DNA of 64,000 nucleotides from Thermoanaerobaculia bacterium (GCA_947259925.1 CAMYOG010000017.1:441-64440); one strand, 5' to 3'. Shown: positions 10,208 through 20,104, numbered from the stretch's first letter. The notes: a model not told the origin generated them from the letters alone. Program-made: numbers and translations.

Positions 10208-11476
10208 CTATAACAAAACACGGCGGCCTATGTCCGTTCGCATCGCCTTGTGCGGCCAGTCGATCCTGGCCGCGGCGGCGTAGGCGAGGTCGAGCGCCGC
10301 GCCCAGATCGTCGCCCCGCGCGCAGACGTTCAGGACCCGGCCGCTCGCGGCGATGATCTTGCCGTCCTCGGCCTTGGTGCCGGCATGGAAGATCTCGACC
10401 CCGTCCATCGCCTGGGCTTCCTCGAGGCCTTCGATCGAATCTCCGGCGATCGGCTTGCCCGGGTAGCCCTCGTTGGCGATCACCAGGCACGCGGAAGCGC
10501 CGGGATGGAAGCCCAGGCGATCGACCTCGAAGGCGCCGGCGGCGCCGGCGGCCAGGACCGGCAGGAGATCGTCGTCGAGGCGCAGGAGGAGCGCCTGGGC
10601 CTCCGGATCGCCCAGCCGGGCGTTGTACTCCAGGACCTTGGGGCCGTCCTCGGTCAGCATGAGGCCGAGATAGAGCACGCCCTGGAACTTCCGGTTCTCG
10701 GCCGACATCGCCTCGAGGGTCGCCCGCCCGAGGTTCTCGTGCAGCGCGGCCGCCTGGTCTTCCGAGATCACGCCGGACGGGCTGTGCGCGCCCATGCCAC
10801 CGGTGTTCGGACCCTGGTCACCGTCGCCGATCCGCTTGTAGTCCTTGCTGGTCGCGAGCGGCAAGAGGTGCGTCCCGTCGCTGAGGCCGATCAGTGAGAT
10901 CTCCTCGCCCTCGAGCCGCTGCTCGACCACCACCCGGCGGGCGCTCGAGCCGAACCGCCCCCCCTCGAAGAAGAGCGCGATCGCCTGCTCGAGCTCGTCC
11001 TCGTCGGACGGGATGATGACGCCCTTGCCGGCGGCCAGGCCGTCGACCTTGAGCACGTACTCGCCGTCGAACTTCTTGACCGCACGCCGCACCTCTTCGG
11101 CGTCGTGGGTGATCTCGAACTCGGCGGTCGGTATGCCGTGCCGCTCCATGAACTGCTTGGCGAAGACCTTGCTGCCCTCGATCTCGGCGGCTTGCTGACG
11201 CGGCCCGAAGACGTTGAGGCCGCGGAGCCGGAACTCGTCGACGATGCCGAGGGTGAGCGCCAGCTCCGGACCGACCACGGTCAGATCGATCTTGAGCGAA
11301 GTCGCGAAGTCGGCCAGCTCGTGGACCTCGTCGGCGGCGATCGGTACCGAGTCGGCGAGGAGCGATGTGCCCGGATTGCCCGGGGCGCAGTAGAGCTCGT
11401 CGAGCAGCGGGCTCTGGCTGAGCTTCCAGCAGATAGCGTGCTCGCGCCCACCGCTTCCGATGACCAGTACCTTCAT
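10208..11476 (-). CDS. purD: phosphoribosylamine--glycine ligase
   Basis: MKVLVIGSGGREHAICWKL..., ATP-grasp GKGVII and a GGMGAHSP-like motif. Full length, 422 aa. Confidence 0.9.
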   Translation of the reverse strand: MKVLVIGSGGREHAICWKLSQSPLLDELYCAPGNPGTSLLADSVPIAADEVHELADFATSLKIDLTVVGPELALTLGIVDEFRLRGLNVFGPRQQAAEIEGSKVFAKQFMERHGIPTAEFEITHDAEEVRRAVKKFDGEYVLKVDGLAAGKGVIIPSDEDELEQAIALFFEGGRFGSSARRVVVEQRLEGEEISLIGLSDGTHLLPLATSKDYKRIGDGDQGPNTGGMGAHSPSGVISEDQAAALHENLGRATLEAMSAENRKFQGVLYLGLMLTEDGPKVLEYNARLGDPEAQALLLRLDDDLLPVLAAGAAGAFEVDRLGFHPGASACLVIANEGYPGKPIAGDSIEGLEEAQAMDGVEIFHAGTKAEDGKIIAASGRVLNVCARGDDLGAALDLAYAAAARIDWPHKAMRTDIGRRVLL

Positions 11477-12331
11477 CTAACCTCCCGCCGACAGTTCCCT
11501 GACGGCCTGTTCGACTTCGTCGATCACGTAGTCCGGAGTCGACGCCCCGGCGGTGACCCCTACGACCCGCACACTGGCGAACCAGTCGTCTCGCAGGTCG
11601 GCGGGGCCCTGAATCAGATAGCTCGGCTTCGACTCCCTGCAGATCTCCCACAGGTGGCGCGTGTTGGCGCTCTGCTTGCCGCCGATCACCAGGATTAGAT
11701 CGACCTCGGGGTCGACGCTCAGCTCGCGGGCGGCGTCCTGGTTCTCCTTGGTCGCGTAGCAGATCGTGTCGGCGTCCGAGACCTCGGTCCGAGACTCGAG
11801 GTAGCGGACGACGTCCTCGTATTCCTCTGCATTGAGGGTCGTCTGGTAGAGCACCTTGACCAGCGGATACTCCGTCCAGTCGATCGCCTCCGCTTCGGCG
11901 ACGGTGGTCAACACGTGGTAGCTCGCGGGGTCGCGGTCGCGCGTGTAGCCGATCACCTCTCGGTGCTCGGGCGAGCCGATGAAGACCAGGTGCGCGCCCG
12001 CGGCGGCGGCGCGGTCCGCCTCTTCGTGGACGTCGTAGACGAACGGACAGGTGGTGTCGAGGATCTTCAGTCCCCGCTCCCGCGCCCAGGCGTGGAACGA
12101 AGGTGGGACACCGTGGGCGGAGAAGATGAGTGTGCCGTCGGGAGCCTGTTCGAGCTCGTGCACGGTCGGGACGCCGAGCTCCTCCATCTCCTCCACCACC
12201 CGCTCGTTGTGGACGATCTGGCCGAGAATCAGCCCGTCGCGGCCGCCCTGACGGGCGAACGCCTTGACCTTCTGATCGGCGACGCGCACACCTGCACAAA
12301 AGCCGTACTTCTCGGCTCGTCGGACCTCCAT
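11477..12331 (-). CDS. ispH: 4-hydroxy-3-methylbut-2-enyl diphosphate reductase (IspH/LytB). An alternative upstream ATG at 12376 would add 15 aa.
   Basis: MEVRRAEKYGFCAGVRVA...IVHNERVVEEME...TTCPFVYDVHEEA...GGKQSANTRHL. The stop abuts the purD start. Confidence 0.8.
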   Translation of the reverse strand: MEVRRAEKYGFCAGVRVADQKVKAFARQGGRDGLILGQIVHNERVVEEMEELGVPTVHELEQAPDGTLIFSAHGVPPSFHAWARERGLKILDTTCPFVYDVHEEADRAAAAGAHLVFIGSPEHREVIGYTRDRDPASYHVLTTVAEAEAIDWTEYPLVKVLYQTTLNAEEYEDVVRYLESRTEVSDADTICYATKENQDAARELSVDPEVDLILVIGGKQSANTRHLWEICRESKPSYLIQGPADLRDDWFASVRVVGVTAGASTPDYVIDEVEQAVRELSAGG

Positions 12332-12376
12332 ACGAACGCCCGGGAGTCTACCAAGCACCGGACAGGAAGAGGGCAA

Positions 12377-12530
12377 GCGGTGACAGGATACCTATCTCAC
12401 CCAACGGCGGCAGAAGCGGTGACAGGATACCCATCTCCCCCACGGAAGCTTGGAAAGACAGTCCTTGACGGGCCTTCCGCCCGTGGTGAGATGAGTATCC
12501 TGTCACCGGATCTCCCACCGGATCTCCCAG
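12377..12530. repeat. MITE-like intergenic element built from GGTGACAGGATACC units (two direct, one inverted copy)
   Basis: GCGGTGACAGGATACCTATCTCACCC (12377-12402), GCGGTGACAGGATACCCATCTCCCCC (12416-12441), and inverted GGTGAGATGAGTATCCTGTCACCG (12485-12508) followed by GATCTCCCACCGGATCTCCC. The same family occurs at 45841-45976. Confidence 0.7.
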
Positions 12531-13675
12531 GGGTCCGAGAACCTGGGGTCGGTCAGGAAGTCGCGATCGGTCAGGCTGCGCAGGAAGGCGATCAGATCGG
12601 CCTTCTCTCGCTCGGTGATCTCGAAGCCGGCGACCAGCTCGCTCTTGTAGGGGTGGTCCGTGCCCTGGCGGCCGCCGGCCGCGTAGTGCTCGACCACCTC
12701 GCCGAGCGTATGGAGTGAGCCGTCGTGCATGTAGGGCGCGGTCACTTCGATGTTGCGGAGCGACGGCGGCCGGAACCGCCCCATGTCCTCGGGCTCGCCG
12801 GTGAACTCGAAGACGCCGCGGTTGCGCTCCGGGTAGGAGCCGGCGCCGTCGACGTTGTAGAGGCCGGTGTTGTGGAAGTCCGGCTTCACGGGCGCCGAGC
12901 CCTCGAAGGCGATCGCTCCCGAGAAGTTGAACGTGGCGTGACAGCGACCGCAGTTCGTCCGCTCCGAGAAGAAGAGCTCCATGCCGCGCCGGGCCGCGGC
13001 CGGGAAGTCGCTGTCGTCACCCCAGAAGACCAACCGGTCGTACGGTGCGTCGCCGGAGATCAGGATGCGCTCGAACGACGCGATCGCCGCGACCACATGG
13101 TCGATCGAGATCGGCTCGCTCGCGTCTGGAAAGGCGTCCGCGAACAGCCGCCGATAGAGCTCGTCCGCCGCGAGTCTCGCGATCAGCTCCTCCTCCATCC
13201 CCGTGAGGCCCAACTCCACCGGCTCGACGCCGAACATCGGCACCAGCATCTGCTCCTCGAGTCGTGTCTTCTCCGGATCCCCCCAGTTGAAGGCGCGGTT
13301 GTAGGCGACGTTGGCGAGACTCATCGAGGCACGCGGGTGGACCTCGCCGGTGGCGCCGACCGCGCGCGGCTTGCCGTCGGTGAACGACAGCTCGGGCTGG
13401 TGGCAGCTGGCGCAAGCGAAGGTCTGATTGCCCGAGAGACGCGTGTCGTAGAAGAGACGTCGGCCGAGCTCCACCTTGGCCTCGGACATCGGATTGTCCG
13501 CCGGCACCACGGGCACGGGCAGGCCGGCAGGGAGCTGCCACTCGTACGCGTCGACCGGCGCGGCGTCTTCCACGACGCTCGCCGTGCCGACCGACCGGCA
13601 GCTCACCGACAGCCCGGACGCGAGCGCCGCGACCCCGGCGATCGCGGTCCAGGCGTGGACCCGGCCGGCGAGCAT
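12503..13675 (-). CDS. di-haem cytochrome c peroxidase (CcpA/MauG family)
   Basis: Two CxxCH motifs (CASCH, CGRCH), a signal peptide and the conserved PSLRN...APYMHDGS region. The last codons lie in the repeat element. Confidence 0.8.
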   Translation of the reverse strand: MLAGRVHAWTAIAGVAALASGLSVSCRSVGTASVVEDAAPVDAYEWQLPAGLPVPVVPADNPMSEAKVELGRRLFYDTRLSGNQTFACASCHQPELSFTDGKPRAVGATGEVHPRASMSLANVAYNRAFNWGDPEKTRLEEQMLVPMFGVEPVELGLTGMEEELIARLAADELYRRLFADAFPDASEPISIDHVVAAIASFERILISGDAPYDRLVFWGDDSDFPAAARRGMELFFSERTNCGRCHATFNFSGAIAFEGSAPVKPDFHNTGLYNVDGAGSYPERNRGVFEFTGEPEDMGRFRPPSLRNIEVTAPYMHDGSLHTLGEVVEHYAAGGRQGTDHPYKSELVAGFEITEREKADLIAFLRSLTDRDFLTDPRFSDPWEIRWEIR

Positions 13676-13699
13676 CCTCGGACTCCTACGGCCGCGCGT

Positions 13700-14380
13700 C
13701 TACCAGGAGCCGCCCGAAGAGTCGCCGGTCTGTGCCGCCATCTCGGCCCGCTCGGCGACCCAACCCGAGAACTCGCCGATCACGGTCGCGTCGACGCCCG
13801 CCGGGTCGCCCTGACGCGCGTCGACCCAGGCCTGCATAGCGGCCATCAGCTCGTTGGCCCGCTTGCGGTCGGTACGGAAGAGCTCCATGTACGCCTCCTT
13901 GGCGTCCTCCAGGCGGTTCAGGCCGAGGTAGGCCTCGGCGCGATACTCGATCGCCTCCGTGTAACGCGGGTTGATCTCGAGCGCCCGATTGTAGGAGGCG
14001 AGTGAGCTCTCGTAGTCGCCGGTCTTGCGCAGAACGTAGCCGAGGCTCGAGTGCGCCTGGTAGAGACCCGGGTCGTCGTCGATCGCGCTCGAGAGTGCCT
14101 TGCGCGCCTTCTCGTACTCCTTGCCGGCCTTCTTCTCGTATTTTGCCTGGTCCTTGTCGGTCTTCGCCGAGGTCGCCTTCGCCTCGTACTCCCAGGCCTT
14201 GTCGCGATACTTGAGCGCCCGGTTGTAGGCGTCCTTGGCCATCACCTTCGGATCGAGCGGTGGGCTCTCGGGCGAAGTGCTGGTGGTCGATCCACCGGCG
14301 GCGAGCGCCGCCAGCGGCAGTATCAATACGATCGCCAGGCTGGCGATGATGACTCGGTACGAACTCGTTGGGATCTGCAT
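13700..14380 (-). CDS. secreted tetratricopeptide-repeat protein
   Basis: Signal peptide, then TPR-like repeats (AYNRALKYRDKAWEYEAKA..., YQAHSSLGYVLRKTGDYESSLASYNRALEINPRYTEAIEYRAEAY). Confidence 0.55.
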   Translation of the reverse strand: MQIPTSSYRVIIASLAIVLILPLAALAAGGSTTSTSPESPPLDPKVMAKDAYNRALKYRDKAWEYEAKATSAKTDKDQAKYEKKAGKEYEKARKALSSAIDDDPGLYQAHSSLGYVLRKTGDYESSLASYNRALEINPRYTEAIEYRAEAYLGLNRLEDAKEAYMELFRTDRKRANELMAAMQAWVDARQGDPAGVDATVIGEFSGWVAERAEMAAQTGDSSGGSW

Positions 14381-14539
14381 GGAACCTCCTCTGTGGATGC
14401 TGGGCTGGGATTCTAACGTCCGGCCGCCCGGCGGGGGCTTCGGAGTGTCAGGAACAGGTCAGCATCCTGTGGGTTCGGCTCCGAGCGCCGTTCGGTTCAA
14501 TCCGGGACCCGGCTCCGCGCCGACCGTAGAATCGTCGAG

Positions 14540-15226
14540 ATGAACCCACGCCGCTTTCGGCGAATCCGCTCGGTGCTCGAGCGGCGTCAGCCGGACCTGA
14601 CGGTCCTGCTGGAGAACGTCCACAAGCCGCACAACTTCTCCGCCGTCGTGCGCACCGCCGACGCGGTCGGCATCTGGGAGGCGCACGCGGTGGTGCTCGA
14701 CGGCGGCCTGCCGATGCACCATCTGGCCGCCGGCGGCTCGAAGCGCTGGGTGAACGTACGGGCACACGCGGACCTGGGCCAGGCGCTCACGGCGCTCGGC
14801 GAAGCCGATTTCCAACTGCTCGCCGCTCATCCGTCCGACGACGCGGTCGATTTTCGGGAGGTCGATTTCACCCGGCCGACCGCGGTGCTCTTCGGTCAGG
14901 AGAAGGACGGGTTGACCGAGCAGGCGCTCGCTGCGGCGCACCGCAAGATCCAGATCCCGATGGAAGGGATGGTCGCCTCGCTCAACGTCTCGGTGGCGGC
15001 GGCGCTGATCTTGTTCGAGGCGCAGCGGCAACGGCGGCTAGCGGGCCTCTACAGAGCCTCGCGTCTGGACGCCGAGCTGTTCGAGCGCACGCTCTTCGAG
15101 TGGAGCTACCCGGAGGTCGCCGAACAGTGCCGGCAGCGGGGCGCTGAGTATCCGGAGCTCGGCGACCAGGGCGAGATCGTCGGCGACCTCGCTTGGATCG
15201 CGAGTCAGGCCGAGCCGGAGCCGTAG
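14540..15226 (+). CDS. SpoU/TrmH-family tRNA/rRNA 2'-O-methyltransferase
   Basis: LTVLLENVHKPHNFSAVVRTADAVG...LFGQEKDGLT...IPMEGMVASLNVSVAAALILFE. Confidence 0.75.
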   Translation: MNPRRFRRIRSVLERRQPDLTVLLENVHKPHNFSAVVRTADAVGIWEAHAVVLDGGLPMHHLAAGGSKRWVNVRAHADLGQALTALGEADFQLLAAHPSDDAVDFREVDFTRPTAVLFGQEKDGLTEQALAAAHRKIQIPMEGMVASLNVSVAAALILFEAQRQRRLAGLYRASRLDAELFERTLFEWSYPEVAEQCRQRGAEYPELGDQGEIVGDLAWIASQAEPEP

Positions 15227-15645
15227 TCGAGCACTCCCGTCTGCGAGATCATCTTCCAGCCGTCGCCGACCTTCGTGTAGACCTTGCACGTTCGGCCGCA
15301 CCAGCGGAAATCATTACCGTCGCGGTCGCGCCAGAGAGTGTCGATGTCGACCACGGCGAAGGCGCCGTCGCCCTCAGCGGAGACTTCGATCTTGTGGGTC
15401 GTTCGGATGTTGTGGATCAGCTCGTGGTTATCGAACAGGCCCTGCCACCCCTGGCGCCAGCGACCTTCGTCGTAACGGCCCCACTCGAGGACCCACTCCA
15501 TCGGGTCGTGGGCTTGCGCATGCGGCGGCCAGGGCCAGACCATGTCGGGATGGAAGATGGCGATGAGGGTGTCGAGATCCCGGGTGTCCCACGCCCGTGT
15601 CTCCCGGTCGACGATCTCCTGAATCTCTGCCTCGACGTCAGTCAT
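15205..15645 (-). CDS. SnoaL-like / NTF2-fold protein (DUF4440-like)
   Basis: MTDVEAEIQEIVDRETRAWDTRDLDTLIAIFHPDMVWPWP... is typical of the NTF2-like fold. Confidence 0.5.
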   Translation of the reverse strand: MTDVEAEIQEIVDRETRAWDTRDLDTLIAIFHPDMVWPWPPHAQAHDPMEWVLEWGRYDEGRWRQGWQGLFDNHELIHNIRTTHKIEVSAEGDGAFAVVDIDTLWRDRDGNDFRWCGRTCKVYTKVGDGWKMISQTGVLDYGSGSA

Positions 15646-16415
15646 TCGGATCCTCCGACGGCCGGCTCACCGCCCACGCGGCCGACCAACAGAGTGAGAT
15701 TCCACGTTACCTCACGGGTCTCCGCCGGCGGCCAGACCTCGACGAGCTCGCGCTCGAACATCGGCACCGGATCCTCGCCCCAATCGGCGCGGTACCGTCC
15801 GGTGGCCGACCAGCTGCTCATGTAGCCGATCAGCCGCTCGAGACTCCATTCAGCCGACATTCGCAACGCCGGCGGCTCGAGCCGCTCGAACGGGAACGGA
15901 ATCGTCTCGTAGCCGCTCACGACGTGGACCCGCTCTGGTAGCCAGTAGAGACCGACGACGTCCGAGTAGAAATGATCGACCACCGCGTCGACCGCTCGAT
16001 CGATCCGCAGGAGATCGTACGTCCACGCCGCGATGACACCGCCCGGAACGAGGACTCGCTCGACCTCCGCGAAGAACCGGTCGAACGTGAGCCAGTGGAG
16101 AGCCTGTGAGATGGTCACGAGATCGATCGAATCGCTCGGCAGAGGCGCCCGCTCGGCGGCTGCAGCGGCGTAGTGGACGCATGGGTGCTCGACCCGCCGC
16201 GCCAGCTGCGCTCGACTTATGTCGGTCGCCACCACGCGCTCGAACCGCCCCGAGAGCGGCACCGCCGACTGGCCGGCGCCGGTGGCGCAGTCCCAGGCCA
16301 GCCGACGCGCCGGAGCCCGATCGGCGAGATACTCGAAAAGCTCCTCGGGATAGCCCGGCCGATGGCTGGCATACGCGTCTGCGGCGTCCCCGAACAGATC
16401 TTCATATGCACGCAT
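15642..16415 (-). CDS. class I SAM-dependent methyltransferase (Methyltransf_11-like)
   Basis: LAWDCATGAGQSAVPLSGRFERVVATDIS...LVPGGVIAAWTY. The stop overlaps the downstream start (ATGA). The longer 606-aa ORF is not credible. Confidence 0.7.
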   Translation of the reverse strand: MRAYEDLFGDAADAYASHRPGYPEELFEYLADRAPARRLAWDCATGAGQSAVPLSGRFERVVATDISRAQLARRVEHPCVHYAAAAAERAPLPSDSIDLVTISQALHWLTFDRFFAEVERVLVPGGVIAAWTYDLLRIDRAVDAVVDHFYSDVVGLYWLPERVHVVSGYETIPFPFERLEPPALRMSAEWSLERLIGYMSSWSATGRYRADWGEDPVPMFERELVEVWPPAETREVTWNLTLLVGRVGGEPAVGGSE

Positions 16416-16417
16416 CG

Positions 16418-17566
16418 CTATACAGCTATGTACCGGCCGAGCGCCCCGAGCAGCGCCGCACCGAGCACGACCCAGGGAGTCGCGACCCGGAAGCGGAGAA
16501 TCGCGATCAAGGCGAGGGCGAGGATCAACCGTGGTCGCCAGTCGGCCAGAGTGCCGCGGCCGAGCTCGATCAGGACCGCCGCCATCAATCCGACCGCCGC
16601 GACGTTGACCGCGTCGAGAAACGCCGACAGCCAGGCCGACTTGCGTAGCCGCGGAATGAGGGGATTCAGGATCGAGACGAATACGAACGACGGCAGGAAG
16701 ATCGCCACCGTGGCGACGACCGCGCCGGGCAGCCCGGCGGTCATGTAGCCGATCACCGTCGCGGTCGCCAGCACCGGGCCGGGAGTGAGCTGCCCGAGCG
16801 CCACCACGTCGAGAAGCTCGCTCTCGGTCAGCCAACCGTGATGCTCGACCACGCTCTTCTGCAGAAACGCGATCAGGACATAGCCGCTGCCGTAGAGGAC
16901 TGCACCGATCTTGAGGAAGAGCAGGCCAAGGGTGGTGAGGGCGACCGGGCTCGCGGCCGGCGTGGCCGCGGCGGCGGCGAGCGTCGGCGTCGAGACAATC
17001 GGCGCCAAGGGCAGCAGGAGCGCGCGCTCGGCCGAGTCGCCGCGCGGCGCGGTCGCCCGCAGCCAGACCGCCCCCAGGATGCCGCCGCCGAAGAGCACCG
17101 CGATCGGATTCCAGCCGTAGAGGACCGACGACGCGGCGGCCGCGCCGATCAGCAGCAGCCGCCAGCTCTTGGCGGCCTTCCTGCCGAGCCGCCAGACCGC
17201 GGTCAGGATGATCGCCAGGACCGCCGCCTGGATACCCTCGAGAAACGGCGCGGCGCGTGGGAGCGAGCCGTACTCGACGTAGAGCCAGCCGAGGGCGCCG
17301 GTGGTCAGGGCCGCCGGCAGGATGAACGCCGCTCCAGAGGCGAGCATGCCGCGCCAACCCGCGCGGTCGAAGCCGACGTGCAGCGCCATCTCGGTCGAGT
17401 TGGGGCCGGGAATCAGATTGGTGGCGCCGACCAGATCGAGGAAACGCTGCCGGCTCATCCACCGCCGCCGTTTGACCACCTCGTCCTCCATCATGCCGAT
17501 GTGCGCGGCCGGCCCACCGAACGCGGTGAAGCCGAGCCGAACGAAGAGGGCGATCAGCTCTTTCAA
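16418..17566 (-). CDS. chrA: chromate transporter (CHR family)
   Basis: MKELIALFVRLGFTAFGGPAAHIGMMEDEVVKRRRWMS...LIPGPNSTEMA, duplicated ChrA halves, polytopic. Confidence 0.8.
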   Translation of the reverse strand: MKELIALFVRLGFTAFGGPAAHIGMMEDEVVKRRRWMSRQRFLDLVGATNLIPGPNSTEMALHVGFDRAGWRGMLASGAAFILPAALTTGALGWLYVEYGSLPRAAPFLEGIQAAVLAIILTAVWRLGRKAAKSWRLLLIGAAAASSVLYGWNPIAVLFGGGILGAVWLRATAPRGDSAERALLLPLAPIVSTPTLAAAAATPAASPVALTTLGLLFLKIGAVLYGSGYVLIAFLQKSVVEHHGWLTESELLDVVALGQLTPGPVLATATVIGYMTAGLPGAVVATVAIFLPSFVFVSILNPLIPRLRKSAWLSAFLDAVNVAAVGLMAAVLIELGRGTLADWRPRLILALALIAILRFRVATPWVVLGAALLGALGRYIAV

Positions 17567-17577
17567 CGGCCCGCAGC

Positions 17578-18522
17578 CTACCCGCCGATGAGAGCGGCGA
17601 GGGTCGAGCTGTCGATGTTGCCGCCGCTGATCACCACCGCGGTGCGCGGGGCCACCTCGACCGCGCCGCTCAAGATCGCGGCGATACCGAGAGCGCCCGA
17701 CGGTTCGACCACCAGCTTCATCCGATAGTAGAGGAACCGCACCGCGTCGACGATCGCCTCTTCCGAGACGGTCCGCATGTCGTCGACGTACTTCCGTACG
17801 AGCTCGAAGTTGAGCTTACCGAGCGACGGCGTCCGGGTACCGTCGGCGATGGTCGGCGGGTTGTGGATCGTGTGCAGCTTGCCGGTGTGGAACGACCTGG
17901 TGGCGTCGTCCGCCAGCTCGGGCTCGATGCCGACCACGCGGCACTCGGGGCGCCGGTGCTTGCAGGCGACCGCCGAGCCGCTGATCAGGCCGCCACCACC
18001 CACGGGCACCAGGATCAGATCGAGATCGTCCACCTGGTCGAGCAGCTCCATGACCGCGGTGCCCTGGCCGGCGATGATGTGCGGATGATCGTAGGGCGGG
18101 ATGAGGGTCTGCCCGCTCTCCTCGAGCATCCGCTCCGCCAGGTCCTCGCGCTTGCTCTCGTCGGCGTCGTATTCCACCACGTGGGCGCCGTAGCCCTCGG
18201 TGGCGCGGCGCTTGACACGCGGCGCGTTGTGCGGCATGACCACGGTCGTTTCGATACCGAGCAGCCGGCCGGCGAGGGCGATCGCCTGGGCGTGATTGCC
18301 GGACGAGAAGGTCAACACGCCCTCCTGCCGCTGTCTCTCGTCGAGCTGTGAGAGGGCGTTATAGGCGCCCCGGAACTTGAAGGCGCCGACCCGCTGGAAG
18401 CTCTCGCACTTGAGGAAGACGGAGCCACCCGCCCGCTCGTCGAGCGTCCGCGAGGTGTGGATCGGGGTCAGGTTGGCGACGCCGCGCAGGCGCTCACGCG
18501 CGGCTTGGATCTCGTCGAACAC
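17578..18522 (-). CDS. PLP-dependent threonine/serine dehydratase
   Basis: SFQRVGAFKFRGAYNALSQL (PLP lysine), SSGNHAQAIALAG, GGGGLISG. Confidence 0.75.
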   Translation of the reverse strand: MFDEIQAARERLRGVANLTPIHTSRTLDERAGGSVFLKCESFQRVGAFKFRGAYNALSQLDERQRQEGVLTFSSGNHAQAIALAGRLLGIETTVVMPHNAPRVKRRATEGYGAHVVEYDADESKREDLAERMLEESGQTLIPPYDHPHIIAGQGTAVMELLDQVDDLDLILVPVGGGGLISGSAVACKHRRPECRVVGIEPELADDATRSFHTGKLHTIHNPPTIADGTRTPSLGKLNFELVRKYVDDMRTVSEEAIVDAVRFLYYRMKLVVEPSGALGIAAILSGAVEVAPRTAVVISGGNIDSSTLAALIGG

Positions 18523-18993
18523 TCAGATCCGACAGGTCGCCAGGCCGCGCTTCTCCAGATACTGCTGGTGGTACTCCTCGGCCTCCCAGAACTGCGACGC
18601 AGGGGTGATCTCGGTCACGATCGGCCCGCGGAAGCGGCCGCTGGCATCGGCCGCCGCGAGCGAGGCGCGCGCCGCGGCCTCCTGCTCGGACGTGTGGAAG
18701 AAGATCCCCGAGCGGTACTGGCTGCCGACGTCGGGCCCCTGGCGATTCACCGTCGTCGGATCGTGATTGCTCCAGAAGACCTCGAGCAGGTCCTCGTAGC
18801 TGACGACGCTCGGGTCGAACTCAACCTCGACCGCCTCGGCGTGGCCGGTGGTGTCGGAGCAGACGTCCTTGTAGGTCGGATCCTCCAGCGAGCCGGCAGT
18901 GTAGCCGACTCTCGTCGACGTGACGCCCTCGAGCTGCCGGTACGCGGCTTCGACACCCCAGAAACAGCCCGCGGCGAAGGTCGCTTTTTCCAT
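18523..18993 (-). CDS. msrA: peptide methionine sulfoxide reductase A
   Basis: MEKATFAAGCFWGVEAAYRQLEGV...GHAEAVEVEFDP...EYHQQYLEK. Confidence 0.9.
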   Translation of the reverse strand: MEKATFAAGCFWGVEAAYRQLEGVTSTRVGYTAGSLEDPTYKDVCSDTTGHAEAVEVEFDPSVVSYEDLLEVFWSNHDPTTVNRQGPDVGSQYRSGIFFHTSEQEAAARASLAAADASGRFRGPIVTEITPASQFWEAEEYHQQYLEKRGLATCRI

Positions 18994-19050
18994 CTCGATC
19001 TCCTCCGGCTGACGAACTCCATCGCGTTATATCACGCGTCTCGGCCGGCT

Positions 19051-19440
19051 CTATGCTGCGACCGAATGACCGGCCGAGCGGAGCGCTTCGATCGCTCGCT
19101 CGAGCGCGGCCTCGCGCACCAGCAGATAGTCGGTGTCGTAGGTCGAGAGTGCGAACAGGCTCACCCCGGCCTCGGCGAGCGCCCCGGTGAGAGCGGCGAG
19201 AATCCCGACCAGGGAGAAGTCGAGCGGGCCCTCGACTCGCAGGCAGCGCCAATCGCGCTCCGCGATCACCTCGGTCGGAACCCGGTCCGAAGAACAGACG
19301 ATTGACAGCTCCGATCCGGTCCGGGTGACCGAGCTGAGCGCGCCGCCCGACGCCCAATCGGGAGCCGGCTGAGCGGCGTCCAGACGCGCCACCGCGAACG
19401 TGCCCTCGAGGACGACGAGGGACAGCGGGCGCGCGCTCAC
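19051..19440 (-). CDS. ACT-domain-like small protein. GTG start, overlapping the upstream stop (GTGA).
   Basis: LSLVVLEGTFAVARL...DFSLVGILAALTGALAEAGVSLFALSTYDTDYLLVRE. Confidence 0.45.
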   Translation of the reverse strand: MSARPLSLVVLEGTFAVARLDAAQPAPDWASGGALSSVTRTGSELSIVCSSDRVPTEVIAERDWRCLRVEGPLDFSLVGILAALTGALAEAGVSLFALSTYDTDYLLVREAALERAIEALRSAGHSVAA

Positions 19441-20096
19441 GAGGCCTCCCGTCGCCGCGCCACCAGGATCTCGGAAGCGATCCCCCAGCGGCTGAGCACC
19501 CGACCGTGCTCGACGACCCAGCGGTCCTCGGCGAGGAGCTCGCGAGCGACGATCGGCTCGCAACCGCCGACCGAGCGGGGGCGCAGGTTGTGCACCGCGT
19601 GCCAGATCCCCATCACCGCCTGCGACACCAGCGAGCAGCCGTGGGTGACGGTGATCAACCCGAGCAGTCCGCCCGGCACGAGCAGCCGGTAGGCCTCGGC
19701 GATCAACGCCGCGCGATCCTCCGGCGCGAGGATCTCGATCACGTAGTTCGAGACGAACCGGTCACAGCAGCCGGCCGCCAGATCGAGCTCGACCGAGCCG
19801 TCGGTCTGGACGATCTCGGCACGCGACCCGAACTCGCCGACCCGCGCGCGCGCCAGGTCGACCATGGTCACGCTCTGGTCGAAGCCGCGATACTCGGCTC
19901 GAGCGTCGAGATGATCCCGCAGCAGTCGCTCGGCGAACCGTCCGGTGCCGCATCCGAACTCGACCACCGAGCGCGCGCTCTCGAACGACCCGTTTTCCAC
20001 CAGGACATCGACCGCCGCGTCCTCATAGAAGGCCTGCCGGTCCTGGCGCGCGCCGAACCGGTCGTAGAAGCGGCGGGCTTCGCCTCGACTCAGCAT
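19437..20096 (-). CDS. class I SAM-dependent methyltransferase
   Basis: VVEFGCGTGRFAERLL...GFDQSVTMVDLAR...LLVPGGLLGL. Confidence 0.65.
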   Translation of the reverse strand: MLSRGEARRFYDRFGARQDRQAFYEDAAVDVLVENGSFESARSVVEFGCGTGRFAERLLRDHLDARAEYRGFDQSVTMVDLARARVGEFGSRAEIVQTDGSVELDLAAGCCDRFVSNYVIEILAPEDRAALIAEAYRLLVPGGLLGLITVTHGCSLVSQAVMGIWHAVHNLRPRSVGGCEPIVARELLAEDRWVVEHGRVLSRWGIASEILVARRREAS

Positions 20097-20104
20097 GAAG
20101 ACCC

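Noticed and set aside
10818-12299. 493-aa minus-strand ORF and other long antisense ORFs (38515-40797, 56041-57846, 55849-55991, 46605-47204)
   Set aside because: Arg/Pro/Gly-rich reading-frame artefacts lying opposite or off-frame to well-supported genes (purD/ispH, aceE, sufB/sufC, M14).
15642-17462. 606-aa ORF as a single protein
   Set aside because: Only the C-terminal 257 aa form a methyltransferase. The upstream part is off-frame read-through across chrA.
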